Positions 7,353 through 10,944 of a stretch of DNA of 10,944 bases are shown here, piece by piece (the first letter of the stretch is position 1; each line of letters begins with the position of its first letter). Source of the DNA: Myxococcales bacterium (lineage in GTDB: Bacteria; Myxococcota; Myxococcia; Myxococcales; Anaeromyxobacteraceae); the NCBI GenBank assembly GCA_038320275.1, contig JBBQEB010000128.1:1-10944 (forward strand). Direction: 5' to 3'. The position numbers and the translations under genes are program-made. Below the pieces are notes generated by a model, which had not been told where the DNA came from, made no database searches, and saw only the letters and a program-made list of their open reading frames with translations.

Positions 7353-10276
7353 CGGCGGCCGCTCCTACCCTGACCCGGCGCGACCTCGCGGCCGAGCTGA
7401 AGGCCATCCACGCCCACCGGCACCGGGCGCTGCACACTGCCTTTCATGGCCTCGCCGACGCGGAGCTGCGCGGCGACCGGGTGCTGAAGGTGCCGGTGGG
7501 GGGGAGCGAGGTGCGCTTCCTCGTCACCGAGGTCGAGAGCGAGCTCGCGCTGCGGCGCGCCCTCGCCACCGTGGAGCCGGGCGACGGGCTGGCGCTGCTC
7601 CTCAGCTACGGCGACCGGGTGCCCTTCGACGTGGAGGCCCGCCTCGCCCGCGGCGGCGTGCGCCACGTCGATCGCGGCCGGCGCCTGGCGGCGCGCTTCG
7701 AGGCGCGCCAGGTGAGCCCGGACGTGCTCCTCAACCGGCCGCTGGTGGAGGCCCTGCTCGACCTCGAGCGCGCCTTCCCGCCCGCGCCCGGGATGTCGCT
7801 CGACCTCGACACCGCCTGGCGGGCGCTCCTGGGCGCCGTCACGCCGCTCGGCGCGACGCCGCTCAACGAGGGGGCGCTGCTCGCCTTCGCCGCCCGCGCC
7901 GGCGGCGGCCCCGACGTCCTGCAGCACCTGGCGCGCTGGCCCGAGCTGCGGGCGCGGCTCCACACCTGGCTGGCGAAGGTGGCCGGACCGGTGGCGCGCC
8001 TCGCCTGGCGCGCCTGGGAGGCGGGAGAAGGGGTGCGCGCGGCCGCCCTCACCTTCGTGCTGCAGAGCTGCGCCCCGGCGATCGCCCGGGGTGAGCACGG
8101 CTACGTGCGCGGGCTGCTCACGGCCCTCCTGCCCGGGCTCGACCCCGAGCTCGCCGGCGCGGTGGGAAACGGCGCGCTCCTGGAGCGCTGGGGCGAGATC
8201 GCCGACAGGCTGGCGCTGGCCCTCGAGGACGCGCCGCAGACCCTCGCCGCGGTGCTGCGCGAGGCGGACGCGCTCCTCCCCGCGGAGGGGGAGGTCGATG
8301 CCGTGCTGGCGTCGAGCCGCCATCTGCCGCGGGCTCTCGCCACCGCTCGCTCCGCGCTGGCGCGGGCGCTGTCGGCGGCGGTCGCGACCGGCGGCGCGGC
8401 GGCGGTGCGAGAGGCGATGGCCGCCGAGGAGCGCTACGCGGCGCACCGGCTGGCCGGGAGCGTGGCCGAGCGCGCCGGGAGGGAGCGGGCGCTCATGGCG
8501 CTGCGCCTCCTCGTCTGGCGCGAGCGGCGCCCCCGCGAGGATGCCGCGCTGGCGCGGCCCCCGGCCGAGGTCGCCCCCGCGGTGGCCGCCCGCTTCGCCG
8601 CCGAGGGCGGCTTCGTCGACCGCGCCCGCCAGGCGCTGCGCGGGCCGGGCACGGACGAACTGGGGCAGGCGCTGGCGAGCGTGCTGGCGATGGCCGACGC
8701 GCTGCGCGACGCGGACGACGAGCGCTTCGCGCGCGCGCTGCCCGATTGGATCTCCCGCGGAAGGCCCCAGGGCGACGCGCTCCCCATTGAGGAGGTGCTG
8801 GAGGCCTCGGCGGTGAAGTTCCTCGAGAAGGGCCCCCGCCGCCGGCTCCTCATCGCCCTCATGGACGGCATGTCATGGGAGCGCGCCGTCGAGCTCGTCC
8901 TCGACCTCGAGACGCAGGGCTTCGGCCCCTGCGCCGACCACCTCGCGCTGCGGCTCGGGCGCCCGGTGCTGGCCGCGCTGCCCACCCTCACAGAGGTGAG
9001 CCGCTCGGCTCTCTTCGCCGGCAAGCTGGTGAAGCCCGGCGAGGTGCGCTCCGCCTCCGGCGACGTGGAGCGCTTCGCAGGACACCGCGGCTTCGCGAGG
9101 CTGGGGCTCACGCCGAAGCTCCTCCTGGGCGGCAGCGCGGTGGGCCGGGACGGCGCCGCCACCCGCGAGGCGCTCGACCTGGTGCGCTCCGCCGACCGGG
9201 TGGTGGGGGTGGTGCTGAACGCCATCGACGACGCGCTGGCGCAGGCCGGGCACCTCCGCACCATCCTCACCCTGGAGAGCATCCCGGCCCTTCGCGACCT
9301 GCTCCGGGAGGCGAGCTTCGCTGGCCGGGCGTTGCTGCTGGTCGCCGACCACGGCCACGTCCAGGGCGCGCGCTTCGGTGCGCCGGTGGGCGCGGGCGAC
9401 GGCGGCACGCGCTGGCGCAAGCTCGCCACCGGCGAGGCGCCCCGCGCCCGCGAGGTGGAGCTGGGGGGCCCTGGCGTGTGGCGCCCGCCCGGCGTCGACC
9501 GGGTGGCGCTGCTCTACGCCGAGACCGACTGCTACGGCAGCGGCCCGCGCGAGGGCGAGCATGGCGGCGCCGCGCTGGCCGAGGTGGTGGCGCCAGCGCT
9601 GCTCGTTGCCTCCGAGCAGCTCGTGCGCGATGCCGACGCCGAGGGTGCCCCGGACCCCGGTCTGGCAGTGGGGCCGCTGCAGCGCCCCGCCTTCTGGGAG
9701 CTGGAGCTGCCGCCGCCTGGGGCGGGAGCGGGCGCGCCAGGTCCGCGCGGTGAGGGCGTGGCGGCTCCCCAGCGCCGGGGCCGGGCTCGCCGGGTGGAGG
9801 ACGATGCCACGTTGCCCTTGCCGGCGGTGCTCACTGCGCGGCCGGCTTTCGGGGGCCGAGCTGCGGCCGCGCTGGGCGGCGGAACCGGGGCCGGCGCGAC
9901 GGCGGAGGCGGGGCCCGCAGTGGGAGGCGGCTCGACCGTGACGCCGGCCGGCGCGGCTGCGCAGGACGGGGGGCGGTCACCGATCGTCGCCCTGCTGGCC
10001 GCGAGCCAGCTCCTCGCCAGCATGCTCGCCGCGCGCCCCCGGGTGAAGCAGGAGGCGGTGCTCCGCGCGGTGGAGATCCTGCACGCCGCCGGCGGCCAGC
10101 TCGCGCCCGAGCTCTTCGCCACTCGTTACGGCGTGCTGCCGGGCCGGTTGGGTGGCCTGGTGGCGCTCCTCGGCGAGGTGCTCAACGTGGAGGGCTACCC
10201 GGTGCTGACGCTCGACCGGGCGGTGGGGCTGGTGAGGCTCGACGAAGCCCGGCTCCAGGGGCTGTTCGGCGTGTAG
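7349..10276 (+). CDS. pglZ: BREX-2 system PglZ (alkaline-phosphatase-superfamily domain protein), 975 aa
   Basis: GTG 7349 overlaps the pglY TGA. PglZ motifs: LIALMDGMSW (D at 8864), LAALPTLTEVSRSALFAG, VLNAIDDAL, LLVADHGHV (9347-9358), GEHGGAALAEVVAP, and the C-terminal LNVEGYPVL...LQGLFGV. Gene order pglY-pglZ-brxD matches BREX type 2. Confidence 0.92.
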   Translation: MTAAAPTLTRRDLAAELKAIHAHRHRALHTAFHGLADAELRGDRVLKVPVGGSEVRFLVTEVESELALRRALATVEPGDGLALLLSYGDRVPFDVEARLARGGVRHVDRGRRLAARFEARQVSPDVLLNRPLVEALLDLERAFPPAPGMSLDLDTAWRALLGAVTPLGATPLNEGALLAFAARAGGGPDVLQHLARWPELRARLHTWLAKVAGPVARLAWRAWEAGEGVRAAALTFVLQSCAPAIARGEHGYVRGLLTALLPGLDPELAGAVGNGALLERWGEIADRLALALEDAPQTLAAVLREADALLPAEGEVDAVLASSRHLPRALATARSALARALSAAVATGGAAAVREAMAAEERYAAHRLAGSVAERAGRERALMALRLLVWRERRPREDAALARPPAEVAPAVAARFAAEGGFVDRARQALRGPGTDELGQALASVLAMADALRDADDERFARALPDWISRGRPQGDALPIEEVLEASAVKFLEKGPRRRLLIALMDGMSWERAVELVLDLETQGFGPCADHLALRLGRPVLAALPTLTEVSRSALFAGKLVKPGEVRSASGDVERFAGHRGFARLGLTPKLLLGGSAVGRDGAATREALDLVRSADRVVGVVLNAIDDALAQAGHLRTILTLESIPALRDLLREASFAGRALLLVADHGHVQGARFGAPVGAGDGGTRWRKLATGEAPRAREVELGGPGVWRPPGVDRVALLYAETDCYGSGPREGEHGGAALAEVVAPALLVASEQLVRDADAEGAPDPGLAVGPLQRPAFWELELPPPGAGAGAPGPRGEGVAAPQRRGRARRVEDDATLPLPAVLTARPAFGGRAAAALGGGTGAGATAEAGPAVGGGSTVTPAGAAAQDGGRSPIVALLAASQLLASMLAARPRVKQEAVLRAVEILHAAGGQLAPELFATRYGVLPGRLGGLVALLGEVLNVEGYPVLTLDRAVGLVRLDEARLQGLFGV

Positions 10277-10285
10277 CATGTGCCG

Positions 10286-10944
10286 ATGATCCCCACGCCA
10301 CCCAGCGAGGCGCGCCGGCGCGAGATCGTCGCCGCGCTGCGCAAGGGCACCGTGCCCCGGCGGGGCATCGAGCACCTCGCCACCGGCCTCGACCGCTTCG
10401 CGCGCGCGGTGGACGAGGACCTCGACCTGGCGGCGCTGGGCGGCGGCGCCTTCAAGGCGGTGCGCGGCGACTACGGCACCGGGAAGACCTTCTTCACGCG
10501 ATGGGTGCAGCACCGCGCCCTGGCGCGGGGCTTCGCGGTGGCCGACGTGCAGATCTCCGAGACCGAGACGCCGCTCCACCGGCTGGAGACCCTCTACCGC
10601 CGCGCGGTGGAGAGCCTGCGCACCAGCGAGTGGGAGGAGGGCGCCTTTCGCGCTCTCGTCGAGCGCTGGTTCTTCGACCTGGAGGAGGAGGCGCTGGGTC
10701 GGCCCGGCTTTCCCACCGGGGACGCGGCGGCAGTGGCGAAGGCGGTGGGCGAGCTCTTGGAGGCGCGGCTCGCCCAGGTGTCTGCGCAGGAGCCCACCTT
10801 CGCCGCCGTGCTGCGCGCCATCCACGCCGCGCGGATGACCGGCGATCCCGCCACCGCGGACGGGCTGCTCTCCTGGCTCATGGGGCAGCCCAACGTCGGT
10901 GCCGCGGTGACGCGCAGGGCGGGCGTGAAGGGCGACCTCGGCTC
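10286..10944 (+). CDS. brxD: BREX system ATP-binding protein BrxD, partial (runs off the window)
   Basis: Absent from the ORF track because it has no stop in the window. Translates as MIPTPPSEARRREIVAALRKGTVPRRGIEHLATGLDRF...AFKAVRGDYGTGKTFF (Walker A at 10466-10489)...VQISETETPLHRLETLYRR...ERWFFDLEEEA. GTG 10280 is an in-frame alternative start. Confidence 0.92.
   Translation, partial: MIPTPPSEARRREIVAALRKGTVPRRGIEHLATGLDRFARAVDEDLDLAALGGGAFKAVRGDYGTGKTFFTRWVQHRALARGFAVADVQISETETPLHRLETLYRRAVESLRTSEWEEGAFRALVERWFFDLEEEALGRPGFPTGDAAAVAKAVGELLEARLAQVSAQEPTFAAVLRAIHAARMTGDPATADGLLSWLMGQPNVGAAVTRRAGVKGDLG

Noticed and set aside
9554..9568. GEHGG rather than the more usual GYHGG in PglZ as a sign of inactivation
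   Set aside because: The His and the other metal-binding motifs (DG, DHGH) are intact; no conclusion is possible without an alignment.
9968..9973. G6 tract in pglZ as a phase-variation site
   Set aside because: Too short and common at this GC content; known Pgl phase variation involves a G-tract in pglX, which is absent here.
3911..10276. 2121-aa ORF as one native gene
   Set aside because: It is a composite: 3911-4288 is off-frame orf247, 4289-5161 is pglW, 5162-7348 is off-frame pglY, and 7349-10276 is pglZ.
286..10893. Long overlapping or antisense ORFs (286..1704, 1938..3278, 3566..5374, 5079..7271, 6503..8446, 9977..10825 and others)
   Set aside because: Shadow frames of motif-supported genes, expected from stop-codon scarcity at high GC; none has recognisable motifs.

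Overview
Very GC-rich window, myxobacterial in character (Anaeromyxobacter-like; inferred from composition and gene types). Left to right: the 3' part of a probable outer-membrane beta-barrel gene (+); a convergent DUF222-like/HNH endonuclease gene (-); then, divergently from an extended -10 promoter, an operon made of an uncharacterised 247-aa gene followed by a type 2 BREX (Pgl) phage-defence locus: pglW', 'pglY, pglZ, and brxD running off the right edge. The key anomaly is a sharp junction at 5161/5163. There the NERD and first-kinase N-lobe part of pglW joins, out of frame, the C-terminal ~729 codons of pglY. The rest of pglW, all of pglX and the ATPase half of pglY are missing at this position. 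Because the pglW frame meets no stop, it reads through into pglZ as a 1995-codon chimeric ORF. Family assignments come from motif recognition and gene order only; no database search was run.
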